Shown one piece after another: positions 50,211 to 59,400 of a DNA stretch of 64,000 nucleotides (within the stretch, counting starts at the first letter, position 1; every line of letters begins with the position of its first letter). Both the position numbers and the translations under genes were made by a program. The DNA lies in contig CAVWDM010000013.1 of the NCBI GenBank assembly GCA_963753755.1, positions 281,055-345,054 on the forward strand. The letters are read 5' to 3'. The notes below the pieces were generated by a model. That model made no database searches. It was not told the origin of the DNA and saw nothing but the letters and a program-made list of their open reading frames with translations. This DNA is from an uncultured Gammaproteobacteria bacterium. GTDB taxonomy: Bacteria > Pseudomonadota > Gammaproteobacteria > UBA9214.

Positions 50211-51395
50211 CTACAGCAACAACAGGCGTTTCATCACTTTAAGAATGTCCTTGAGCGGTAGTTGCGTGGTACCTGCAGCCACCAGTGGCAGTAGTGCAGC
50301 AACCGAGAGCGGCAACAGCACTTCTCGGCTGATCAGCTTGCCCGATAGTTTGAGGGTTGCCGCATAGGCCTTGGCCGGGTCGGAAATATCCCCGGTGTTT
50401 ACCTTGTCGCTGTCTTCGCTTGCAGCAATGTTCCTGCCCAGCAGTTCACGCTCTACGGCGCGTTGATGTTGTGTGGCGCGAGCGCTATAGGCAAGCAGCG
50501 TTTGTTCCTTCAGTTTGCCTATCGGCTTGCTAAATGCCTGCAGCGGGATGGCGAACAACACCAGTATCAGCAGTAACCAGCCAGCCATGATAAAGCCATA
50601 GGTGGTTGTTGTAATCGTGCCGTGCAGGAGTTCATGAGCCACGGCTGCACCCAGTACACAACTGATAGCAAACACAAACATGGTACAGGTGTTCGGATAA
50701 GTTCCCAGAAAGCCCAGGCCACCGTGGCTATCGGGGTGCGTCGCCACCAGGCGCAGTTCAAGTGTCGCCAGTTCGCGTAACAGCAGTCCCCATACACACA
50801 AACGCCACAGCCAGCGCAGTAACAGAAAAGAGAACAGCGTGTTGCTGACAATGATTGCCCACCAGCCAGCAAGGGTCAGGCTGTTGTGACCCTGTACGAG
50901 TTGTACCGCCCAGGTGGTGGTATCGAGCGTTATCTGTCTTTGGTAAAGAACCAGTGATAAGAATGCGGCGATCAGCAGGCAGATGGCCTCAGCGGTTTTT
51001 GCGTCCCGGCGTTTCAGTGCGTGTGTAACGGCGCTGGCAGCGGCCACAAATGAACCGGGTGCCAGCAGTGGTGCGCGTACAAACTGGAGCAGATAGATTC
51101 GCAGCTGCTTTTCAAGCCTTTTTTCCATTAACAGGAACAGGGCGATTGCGACAAAGAATCGTGCCCATACACTCAGGTCGAGCAGATAGGGGCTGTCAGT
51201 GGCCGGCCCGTGAGCACTGCCGGCAATGATGCTGAATACCAGTGGCACGCCCCAGGCGAGTGCCACAAACAGTAGTGCCCGGGAACCGGCACGGAATGCA
51301 TCCTCGTGCAACAGGCCCAGTTGTCGCTGCAGGGTATAAAATGGCCCGCCATGCGCCAGCAGGAATTCATTGAGCTTTTTTTCTTCCGGTGTCAT
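50211..51395 (-). CDS. polytopic membrane protein of unknown function
   Basis: 403-aa ORF, with probable start at MTPEEKK; multiple TM helices; no family recognised. Confidence 0.5.
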   Translation of the reverse strand: MTPEEKKLNEFLLAHGGPFYTLQRQLGLLHEDAFRAGSRALLFVALAWGVPLVFSIIAGSAHGPATDSPYLLDLSVWARFFVAIALFLLMEKRLEKQLRIYLLQFVRAPLLAPGSFVAAASAVTHALKRRDAKTAEAICLLIAAFLSLVLYQRQITLDTTTWAVQLVQGHNSLTLAGWWAIIVSNTLFSFLLLRWLWRLCVWGLLLRELATLELRLVATHPDSHGGLGFLGTYPNTCTMFVFAISCVLGAAVAHELLHGTITTTTYGFIMAGWLLLILVLFAIPLQAFSKPIGKLKEQTLLAYSARATQHQRAVERELLGRNIAASEDSDKVNTGDISDPAKAYAATLKLSGKLISREVLLPLSVAALLPLVAAGTTQLPLKDILKVMKRLLLL

Positions 51396-51586
51396 GGATG
51401 ATAGTCCCCTTATAGACTGCATACGTTCTATTGAAACAATCCTGCAGACGATGAGCGAATGACCATAGGTTTTCTCCCCTGGTTATTTGTCTGGAACTTT
51501 GGTGGCTGCCTGGGTCGCTTGCAGCTGCAATACCACTTATAGAATCCTGATATATCGTAGCATCAATATATCCTGCAGCTGCTATC

Positions 51587-51937
51587 CTACAGGGAGTACT
51601 CCTGTAAATCCGGATATGAAACACTGGCCGAAGGTTGACAATGGGTCCTTGTCATAGCGAACCTCGGCACCCTCGTTCTCGGTTTGCAGTCCGGCGGTCG
51701 AATCACTCGACCAGTTCTTCTTGATAATCCCTGAAACTTGTACACCTCGGCGACTGCATCAAGCAACTGCTTGCGATAGTTTGTATGACCGGTATGAGCA
51801 GCCAGTATTGTGCGCGTTGCAGCCACGTCATTATTAACAGAATACAGATAATCACCGGCTGCAAACTTCTCTTGCAATCCTGCGACTGCCAACTGGAGGC
51901 CATCATCGGTGTAGGGGTGGTCGATGTACACGGTCAT
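51587..51937 (-). CDS. hypothetical protein; C-terminal third may be frameshifted
   Basis: The N-terminal 70 aa look protein-like (MTVYIDHPYTDDGLQ...AEVYKF). The remainder is Arg/Pro-rich, while an alternative frame ends ...RDYQEELVE. Confidence 0.3.
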   Translation of the reverse strand: MTVYIDHPYTDDGLQLAVAGLQEKFAAGDYLYSVNNDVAATRTILAAHTGHTNYRKQLLDAVAEVYKFQGLSRRTGRVIRPPDCKPRTRVPRFAMTRTHCQPSASVSYPDLQEYSL

Positions 51938-52099
51938 TGTTATGGATCACAAACCAGTCTTCTGACAGGTGAAAGCACGCAGTTCAACCGGGTGTGGCCA
52001 GAAAACTTTTTACAGTAAGTGCTTCATGGCACAGGTAAATCAGCCTTAAGTCAGTATATTTACGTACGTATCAGTGTTTGGTGATGTAACACTGGCGGG

Positions 52100-52448
52100 T
52101 GTAGTATTTTTCCAGAATAAGTCAATAGAGATGATAACAACGGGTAATAACCAGAAATTAACCGGTACTTGAAGTGAGTTTGGGAATAATGCAGGCAAGT
52201 CTATTGTGAAATTGGTCGTGAGACAGCGAGGCCGCCGCCGCTCAGGGTTGCCTGTAGAATTTCCGTTAACGGATTCCCGGGGACTTTGGATTACCCGTGA
52301 TCGACGGCGGGTGCCTGATCGACGCAAGTTAAAACATGACATTGAGGATCTGAAAGTCATACTCTCAAAAATGGGCAGGGACTGACTGGCATGCGCGCCT
52401 GATAGACAGCGACGCAACAACAAACGACCTACAGGTCGTTTTTTTTGT
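52100..52448 (+). ncRNA. candidate sRNA (about 300–350 nt) ending at the intrinsic terminator; identity unknown
   Basis: ORF-free plus-strand region with a strong terminator. Only tiny ORFs (at most 6 codons) are present. The 5' end was not determined. Confidence 0.3.
52425..52448 (+). terminator. strong rho-independent terminator (ACGACCT-AC-AGGTCGT + T8) ending an unannotated plus-strand transcript
   Basis: A perfect 7-bp GC-rich stem is followed by 8 T. No plus-strand CDS lies upstream for about 500 nt. Confidence 0.6.
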
Positions 52449-53243
52449 GTGCGCCCAGCATGGGCGCGATTCTGGAGGTGGAAGTCCTCCGTGAGTTGAC
52501 CACAGCGAACGAAGTGAAGCGCAACTGCATGAGGGTGACCGATTGTGGGGAGGAAGCGTGGAGCGAAGCCGTGAGCCGATGGACAAGAACCGGATACGAG
52601 GCGGTGCCGAGCAGGGTGAGCGGGCATGAAATCGCGAAGCTCTTGTGGTCAAGGCTCAGGCGGCGTAAATCCGGCGGTTGTGCGGTGAAGGATCGCGTTC
52701 TTACCTGGGGAGATCTCGCCTTGTGCCTGAAAGGGCGACGGTGATGAACCGGAGCGAGAAGTCAGCAGAGGTCATAGTAGCTGCCAGCATGGAGCGAAGG
52801 GCCGAAGGAATAGGAGAGGGAGTCCTCTGGTTCTCGGATTTGGAATGTCTCAGATGTTCGCAGAAGCGAAGCTCGTCGTTATGGCTTGTAAGGTGAAGCC
52901 CGATAAGCTACGGCAGCGAGAAACCGAATCGGGCGGATCAGAAACAAGCAACCTCAGGAGGTGTGCCGGGATTGACTCAAGTGCGCCGACCTCAACTATT
53001 CCAACCGCCCGGTGCGGACCCGCATGCCGGGTGGTGTGGGAGGGGCTCGGTCAGGTTTCCTGACCGCCCCTATCCCGATTCAGGGGATATGCACCGTCCC
53101 TGTTGCGGATAGCAGGGATCTGACTACCGGGGGTGTGCCGTGGGCCGGTTGCCGGTGACTGCTGCGGTGTGTACAGGCAGCCTCTGACGCAGGACGGCAT
53201 ATCGGTTAAACTTTGCCATTATTTTGATTCCGGAGTCAGCTGC

Positions 53244-54107
53244 ATGAAGTTCACCATTGACGAGTTCCGCGCCTGGAAGAATAAAAGCATTACCCTGCTG
53301 GGTATGTCCGGGGTGGGCAAGACTCACCTGTCAATGCTGCTGCGGGCAAACAACTGGTTTCACTACTCGGGCGACTATCGCATTGGCACCCGTTACCTGG
53401 ATGAACCGATCATGGACCTGATCAAGCAGCAGGCGATGCAGACGCCGTTTTTGCGTGAACTGCTGCGTCGCGACTGGATCCAGATTCGCAACAATATCAA
53501 GGTCAACGACCTCGGGCCGGTAATGAGTTTCGTTGGCAAGCTTGGCAATCCCGAGCTTGGCGGCGTGCCGCTGGATGAATTTTCTGGTCGCCAGGCACTG
53601 TACCGTGAGGCAGAAATCGCGGCCATGCAGGATGTGCCCGTGTTTATCCGCAAGGCGCACGAGATTTACGGTTACGACAACTTCGTCAACGACGTTGGCG
53701 GCAGCCTCTGTGAACTTGATGAACCGTCCGTGATCGACCTGCTGGTGGAGTACTCGCTGGTCCTGTACATCCGTGTCACCGAGAAGGCCGAGGAGGAGGC
53801 GCTCATCAGCCGTGCACAGAGTAGCCCCAAACCGTTGTATTACCGCCCCGAATTTCTTGCCGAGCAGATGCAGCAGTATCTTGGTGAGAACAACCTGGAG
53901 TACGCGGCAGAGGTGGATCCGGACGATTTCTGTCGCTGGGTGTTCCCGCGCCTGTTCCATTCGCGTGTGCCGCGTTACGAGGCCATTGCGCGACCGCACG
54001 GCTACACCGTCACCTCGCACGAGGTGGCGGCGGTGCGCGACGAACAGGACTTTCTCGACCTGCTGGAAAACGCCATCGCCCGCAAGGCGAATGAACCGCA
54101 GGAGTAG
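53244..54107 (+). CDS. P-loop NTPase / kinase-like protein of unknown specificity
   Basis: Walker A LLGMSGVGKTHLS near the N-terminus, 287 aa. GGAG RBS 10 nt upstream. First gene of a tight three-gene operon. The ORF track starts at 53133. Confidence 0.6.
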   Translation: MKFTIDEFRAWKNKSITLLGMSGVGKTHLSMLLRANNWFHYSGDYRIGTRYLDEPIMDLIKQQAMQTPFLRELLRRDWIQIRNNIKVNDLGPVMSFVGKLGNPELGGVPLDEFSGRQALYREAEIAAMQDVPVFIRKAHEIYGYDNFVNDVGGSLCELDEPSVIDLLVEYSLVLYIRVTEKAEEEALISRAQSSPKPLYYRPEFLAEQMQQYLGENNLEYAAEVDPDDFCRWVFPRLFHSRVPRYEAIARPHGYTVTSHEVAAVRDEQDFLDLLENAIARKANEPQE

Positions 54108-54112
54108 CCGCC

Positions 54113-55201
54113 ATGCCGATTGTCGCCCACAATGATCTACCGACCTTCCAGCGGCTGCGCCAGGAAGGCCAGACTATTCTCGCGCCCGGCCGTGCCCGGC
54201 ACCAGACCATTCGCGAGTTGCACATCGGTGTGCTCAACATGATGCCCGATGCCGCACTGGCTGCGACCGAGCGCCAGTTCTTCCGACTGGTGGGGGAGAG
54301 CAACCCCATTGCGCAGTTCTACCTGCACCCGTTCACGCTGCAGGAGCTGCCGCGCGGCGAGCAGGCACATGCACACATCGAGCGTTACTATGACACTTTC
54401 GAGCAGATACGCGCCGAGGGTCTGGATGCGCTGATTATTACCGGCGCCAATGTCACCCATCCTGACCTGTCGCAGGAATCCTTCTGGGAGCCGCTGCGCC
54501 AGGTGTTTGACTGGGCGCAGCAGAATGTGACCTCGGTGCTGTGTTCCTGCCTCGCCACCCACGCGGCGATGCAGTTTCATCATGGCCAGAAACGTCGTGC
54601 CATGCCTGCCAAGCGCTGGGGCGTGTATCCACACCGAGTGATCCAGACAACGCATCCGCTGGTAAACGACGTCAATACACAGTTTGACGTACCGCATTCA
54701 CGCTTTAACAATATCAGCGCCGCGCAATTCAATGAGGCCGGGCTGCACGTGCTGGTGGAGAGCATCGAGGCGGGGGTACACCTCGCGGTCAGTGCGGACG
54801 GTATCCGCGTCGTCTATTTCCAGGGTCACCCGGAGTATGACACCGTGTCCCTGCTGAAGGAGTACAAGCGCGAGGTGCGGCGTTTTTCCGCCGGCGAGCG
54901 CAGTGATTATCCGCCGTTTCCGGAAAACTATTTCAAGCCGCGTGAACAGGCCATCTTGAACGAGTATCGCTTGCGCCTCGATGCCGCACAGACAGCGGGC
55001 AATCCGGTGCCTGAGTTTCCGGAACAGCTGGTTGCCGGGCGCATCGACAATACCTGGCACGATGCTGCCGAGGGTATCGTCGGTAACTGGATTGGCCTGG
55101 TTTACCAGTTGACCCATGAAGAGCGGAGGCTGCCCTTCATGGACGGGGTGGACCTGCACAACCCGCTCGGTCTCGACTGGATCGCCGAGTCACACCCATA
55201 G
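54113..55201 (+). CDS. MetA-family (HTS) homoserine O-acyltransferase homologue with a C-terminal extension of about 50 aa
   Basis: The N-terminus aligns to E. coli MetA (MPIVAHNDLPTFQRLRQEGQTIL...IRELHIGVLNMMPD). Catalytic Cys (CSCLA), His (VPHSRF) and the GHPEYD motif are present. Confidence 0.75.
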   Translation: MPIVAHNDLPTFQRLRQEGQTILAPGRARHQTIRELHIGVLNMMPDAALAATERQFFRLVGESNPIAQFYLHPFTLQELPRGEQAHAHIERYYDTFEQIRAEGLDALIITGANVTHPDLSQESFWEPLRQVFDWAQQNVTSVLCSCLATHAAMQFHHGQKRRAMPAKRWGVYPHRVIQTTHPLVNDVNTQFDVPHSRFNNISAAQFNEAGLHVLVESIEAGVHLAVSADGIRVVYFQGHPEYDTVSLLKEYKREVRRFSAGERSDYPPFPENYFKPREQAILNEYRLRLDAAQTAGNPVPEFPEQLVAGRIDNTWHDAAEGIVGNWIGLVYQLTHEERRLPFMDGVDLHNPLGLDWIAESHP

Positions 55202-55226
55202 CATCCCCGGTACAAGGAGCAAACAC

Positions 55227-56390
55227 ATGCAGTCCGGTCCAAGAGAAATTATCACCCCGTTCAGACCCATCCCGCTGGATGTGCCGAAGGCCATGGCGCC
55301 CAACGAGTTTTTCAACAGCACCGAGAATCTCGATGACCTGATGCACAACAACGGGCTGTTGACCAATCCGGAGAACCTGCTGCTGTACCGCAAGGCGCTG
55401 GGTCACAGCCGCGAGTTCGATACCTCGATTATCTACAACAGTTCAAAGTGCATACTCAACCCGCTGGGCCGGCCGGTACGCCGTACCCAGGTGCCGGCCG
55501 ATGTGAAACATATCTGGAACCGTATGAACCAGATCATTATCGATTACATGGTGGAACGTTACCCGGACCCGGAGTCACACCTGCTGCTTGCGGGCGAGGC
55601 CAGCCTTGATGCTACCTGGCCGCTGACGTCGCCCGGGGTGCCCAGTATTCGCATGCTGCACAATCATTTCATCGTCTTCAGCATGGACGAGCTGCGCACT
55701 GCACAGCCGGCCGACCCGAAAAACCCGAATCTCACCGACGGTGGCCAGCACAGCCTCTTCGAGGCCTACATGCACGATGTCTACCGCGAGTTCTTCGATC
55801 GCGCACTGGACCTGGAGATCCTCTGGCCGGTGGGCGAGGCGGGCTCACGCATCGAGTTGACCGGTTATCCGCAGGGGCTGCCGAGCTGGGAAATCCAGGG
55901 CGGTATAGCAGCACTGGAGGAGGTCGGTTTCTGGAGCGAGTATGACGAGATTCTGAAGGGCTTCATGGATTTCTACCGGTCTTTCTTCAGCCAGGTATCG
56001 ACGCGCAATGCGCCAATGCTGGATGATCTGTACTTCCCGGATCATGTCGAGAATGTGCTGCTATTTAATAATGATTTCCTGAAGACGGCGAAGAAGGTCC
56101 GCGATAACTGTATCGTGGATGCCGCCTATGCCAATGCCATACGCTGGCAGCCGGCCTTCAAGCAGCTCATTTACCGTAACGACGAGGACAAGCTGATTGT
56201 CACCATCAGCCAGAACTCGATCGGTAACGCCATTACCGAGCTGCTTGGCGTGGTGGTCAAGCGCGTTCCCGATGCGCAGGCTTACGAGCGCTTCGAACCG
56301 CAGTTGATAGAGCAGTTGCTGGAAGTGCGCCGCCGTCTCATCGAGGCTGACCTCGGCGATGCTATCGAAACACCCTACTGGCCGGGCTGA
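55227..56390 (+). CDS. 388-aa protein of unknown function, third gene of the operon
   Basis: Strong RBS AAGGAGC 7 nt upstream. No recognisable motifs. Soluble-looking composition. Confidence 0.55.
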   Translation: MQSGPREIITPFRPIPLDVPKAMAPNEFFNSTENLDDLMHNNGLLTNPENLLLYRKALGHSREFDTSIIYNSSKCILNPLGRPVRRTQVPADVKHIWNRMNQIIIDYMVERYPDPESHLLLAGEASLDATWPLTSPGVPSIRMLHNHFIVFSMDELRTAQPADPKNPNLTDGGQHSLFEAYMHDVYREFFDRALDLEILWPVGEAGSRIELTGYPQGLPSWEIQGGIAALEEVGFWSEYDEILKGFMDFYRSFFSQVSTRNAPMLDDLYFPDHVENVLLFNNDFLKTAKKVRDNCIVDAAYANAIRWQPAFKQLIYRNDEDKLIVTISQNSIGNAITELLGVVVKRVPDAQAYERFEPQLIEQLLEVRRRLIEADLGDAIETPYWPG

Positions 56391-56473
56391 GCCAATTTAC
56401 AGGCGATGACTGCCGGGCACTCTGTGCTTTTTGAATGGATCCGGATTAACACCAAGGCGCAGGGCCCGGGGGG

Positions 56474-57394
56474 TTATTTGCCCAGCACGTGATGTATTTC
56501 AGGCATCATGCGCATGACGCACTGTTCGCCTTCCTCTATGGCTTCCCTGGCACGATAGAATTCCATCAGGCCAATATGCGATAGCTTTGGGGACAACATG
56601 ATATCCGGCGGATCGCCCGCCAGTCGGCTGCGTGTAATTCGGTCCTGCGCAATATTGATGGAGCCGGCAATGGCATCAAACAGGCCGGGTGGGGAGGCTT
56701 TTTCTTCGTTGTCCTTGAATATATCCGGTGAATATTTATTCACTGCCCTTGATAACCTGTCCAGGACATTGTTGCTGTCGGTTGATGGTTCGTTTTGTTT
56801 CTGTACGAAATGCTTGCCCACGACACCACCGTTCAGGTTGACAGATATGACAATGTCCGCCCCCTGTGCATGGCAAACAGACACCGGTACCGGATTCACC
56901 AGGCCGCCGTCGACCAGCCATCTTCCCTGATGCTGCAGGGGTGGAAACAGGCCCGGGAGTGATATGGATGCCCACACCGCATCGATCAGCGGGCCACGGG
57001 TAAACCAGACCTCTCTTCCTGTTTCCAGATCGGTTGCCACGGATGCGAATTTCACCGAGATGTCTTCAATGGATTCATCCTCGCTGCAAACACACTGAAG
57101 CAAGAATTGATGCAATTTTTCAGTATCGACAAATCCGTTCAGCGACAGATTCAGTTCGATGTACCTGGCAAGCTCCACTCTGGTTAGCGAGCGTACCCAC
57201 TGTTCCAGCTTGTCGAGATTACCGGATACGTAGGAGGCGGCGACGATGGATCCGATGGAACAGCCGCAGACAATCTCCGGGTGAATATCCATATCCGACA
57301 AGGCCTTTATGACACCAATGTGTGCCCAGCCCCTGGATGATCCACTGCCCAGAGCAAGGCCGATACGCGGGGCTGACATTTGTTTACGCGGCAT
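56474..57394 (-). CDS. patatin-like phospholipase (RssA-like)
   Basis: GLALGSGSSRG oxyanion loop, GCSIG nucleophile elbow, and DGGLVNPVP catalytic Asp motif. Confidence 0.8.
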   Translation of the reverse strand: MPRKQMSAPRIGLALGSGSSRGWAHIGVIKALSDMDIHPEIVCGCSIGSIVAASYVSGNLDKLEQWVRSLTRVELARYIELNLSLNGFVDTEKLHQFLLQCVCSEDESIEDISVKFASVATDLETGREVWFTRGPLIDAVWASISLPGLFPPLQHQGRWLVDGGLVNPVPVSVCHAQGADIVISVNLNGGVVGKHFVQKQNEPSTDSNNVLDRLSRAVNKYSPDIFKDNEEKASPPGLFDAIAGSINIAQDRITRSRLAGDPPDIMLSPKLSHIGLMEFYRAREAIEEGEQCVMRMMPEIHHVLGK

Positions 57395-57464
57395 TGTTTA
57401 AACACTCGCCCCAGTCACCCTGGAGCACCCGGAAAACGGGTATAAAGAAGAGGGGGTAACCAGT

Positions 57465-58571
57465 CTATACTGGTGGCTGCGCGGCATCGACCACATCCCG
57501 GGTGATTTCCAGTACTTGTTTTCCCTGCTGTTCCCGCACCAGCCCTGTGGCGTGCGGGTCGAATTCAAGACGTTTGACGATAGAGCCAAACACTTCTCGC
57601 AGGGCCCGCGCGCCCAGTCTGTTTTTCTTCGCCGCCAGGTCGGCGATCAGGCAGGTTGCCTCCTCGGAGATAGTGAGGGTAATGCCGGCATGTTTGAAAT
57701 AATCAACCGCTGCAGGCCAGATGGCCCCTTCGACAGCACTGAATATCCTTACCAGGTCGGGGGCGCTTAAATCAGCCAGCATGACAACGCTGTCGAAGCG
57801 GGACAGGAATTGCGGCGACATGCCGTACTGGAAGATATCGTCCTGAGTCATGTAGCGGGAAAGATCGAAGATGAAGCGTCTGTCCAGGCTGCCATCGGCT
57901 CGCGGCTCCAGACGCCAGAACTTGTCGGAGCCCGACTTCTTGGTGACCCGTTGATAGACCTGATCATAGAGTTCCTCGAAGGCACCGCCGGCGACGAAGA
58001 AGACATGTTCGGTATTGATGGTCGTGCTCAGTGACTGCCAGCTGCCGTTGTCAAAGTAGGGCAGTTCAACCTGCACATTCTCGTTTTCCATGAGGGTGAG
58101 CAGGCTGTCCTGGGCAACGATGCCCTTGACATTGGGTTCACCGCCAACCACCGAGCGGATCTTGTCCACTTCATCAACACAGACGATACCGTGTGAGACA
58201 TAGTCTTTCATGGACTCGATGCTGGCCTTTTTGCCGAGGAGATTGGCTGCCTGGCGTGCCAGTCTGTCCATGACGATATTGGTCTGCTTGCCGCGGCTTG
58301 CCAGGTCGGCGACAAGGTTGGCGTTGATACGGATGATGGTCGAGTACTTCTCGAAACCACTGGTCTGCGAGAAAAAGCGCTCGACCGAGCGCATGATGGT
58401 GGTCTTCCCGGTTCCCGAGTTGCCGATCATGAGTACATTGCGCGAAGAATGTTCGATCAGATGCTTGTAGATTGCCACCGACATGTCCTGAAGGGCCTGG
58501 TCTTGTCCAATGACATCAGCGGACAGATCGGCGAGTATTTGCCGGGGTGTAATGGGTGATTTCGGGGCCAT
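57465..58571 (-). CDS. divergent ClpX/HslU-like AAA+ ATPase (no zinc finger, no I-domain), co-oriented with the patatin gene
   Basis: N-terminal TPRQILADLSADVIGQDQALQDMSVAIYKHL, Walker A GNSGTGKT, Walker B VCVDEVDK, and the ClpX/HslU C-terminal small domain. The ORF track extends to 58589 (TTG); the start was placed at ATG 58571. Confidence 0.7.
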   Translation of the reverse strand: MAPKSPITPRQILADLSADVIGQDQALQDMSVAIYKHLIEHSSRNVLMIGNSGTGKTTIMRSVERFFSQTSGFEKYSTIIRINANLVADLASRGKQTNIVMDRLARQAANLLGKKASIESMKDYVSHGIVCVDEVDKIRSVVGGEPNVKGIVAQDSLLTLMENENVQVELPYFDNGSWQSLSTTINTEHVFFVAGGAFEELYDQVYQRVTKKSGSDKFWRLEPRADGSLDRRFIFDLSRYMTQDDIFQYGMSPQFLSRFDSVVMLADLSAPDLVRIFSAVEGAIWPAAVDYFKHAGITLTISEEATCLIADLAAKKNRLGARALREVFGSIVKRLEFDPHATGLVREQQGKQVLEITRDVVDAAQPPV

Positions 58572-58755
58572 GGTTTTTATCACTAGCAACTGGGACAGGT
58601 TCTGCTGTGCATAGTACCTCTCAACCGCGTCTGTATTCCATCGTTGCCGACATGCCCTTCAGAGCGGCGCTAAATTCCCCTCAGTAGCTGTGATAATCTC
58701 GGCAGGGTGAGATTCCTGGGGTTGGCACCGATTTTCAGGTTCAAGCGGAAATGTG

Positions 58756-59373
58756 ATGTACCACGGCGAACGATTCAACAGTATTAGCCATCTGGTGGGT
58801 GCCGCGCTGGCCCTTATCGGCATGGTGTTGCTGGTGGTGTATGCCTCGGCGCAGGGCGATCCGTGGAAAATCGTCAGTTTCACTATCTACGGTGTCTCGT
58901 TGTTCCTGCTCTATAGTCTGTCGACGCTGTATCACTCCTTGCGTGGTCCGGCCAAGAAGACCTTCCAGAAACTGGATCACGTCGCCATCTACCTGCTCAT
59001 CGCCGGTACCTACACCCCTTTTACCCTGGTCACGTTGCGTGGTGCCTGGGGCTGGACGCTGTTCGCGATCATCTGGGGGCTGGCTATCCTCGGCATCATC
59101 GTGGATAGCAGGCACAAGGACGGCTCACGCGCTATCCAGATGGTCATCTATCTGCTGATGGGCTGGTTGATCCTGATCGCCATGAAACCGATGGTGCAGG
59201 CCTTGCCCAAGGGTGCGCTGGTGCTGCTGGTGCTCGGCGGCGTGTTCTACACCAGCGGTATTATTTTTTATGCCATGGATAAAAGAATGAAACATGCTCA
59301 CGGCATCTGGCACCTGTTCGTGCTGGCCGGCAGCATCTCGCATTACCTGGCCGTGCTGTTTTATATCCTGTGA
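58756..59373 (+). CDS. hemolysin-III / PAQR family membrane protein (YqfA-like)
   Basis: 7-TM protein with the HxxxH motif (KHAHGIWH) and an overall Hly-III signature. The ORF track starts at 58753 (GTG). Confidence 0.8.
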   Translation: MYHGERFNSISHLVGAALALIGMVLLVVYASAQGDPWKIVSFTIYGVSLFLLYSLSTLYHSLRGPAKKTFQKLDHVAIYLLIAGTYTPFTLVTLRGAWGWTLFAIIWGLAILGIIVDSRHKDGSRAIQMVIYLLMGWLILIAMKPMVQALPKGALVLLVLGGVFYTSGIIFYAMDKRMKHAHGIWHLFVLAGSISHYLAVLFYIL

Positions 59374-59400
59374 ATACAGCCATTGCGGGGGGGCAGCAGG

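Noticed and set aside
52461-53130. Possible tmRNA (ssrA), because of a GATTCTGGA word resembling the tmRNA 5' end
   Set aside because: No tRNA-like 3' end (no GGTTCGA..CCACCA acceptor/T-arm pairing with the 5' end) and no plausible tag-peptide reading frame ending in ...AA-stop. The similarity is limited to a 9-mer.
52461-53130. ORF-less group II intron (starts GTGCG)
   Set aside because: I could not find a convincing domain V (34-nt hairpin with AGC triad and GNRA loop) about 50 nt from the 3' end, nor flanking exon continuity. Kept only as one hypothesis within the structured-RNA finding.
53130-53243. SAM or cobalamin riboswitch directly upstream of the P-loop/MetA-like operon
   Set aside because: No B12-box (GCCACTG) or SAM-I/SAM-II consensus elements were recognisable by eye. 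Left to an Rfam scan.
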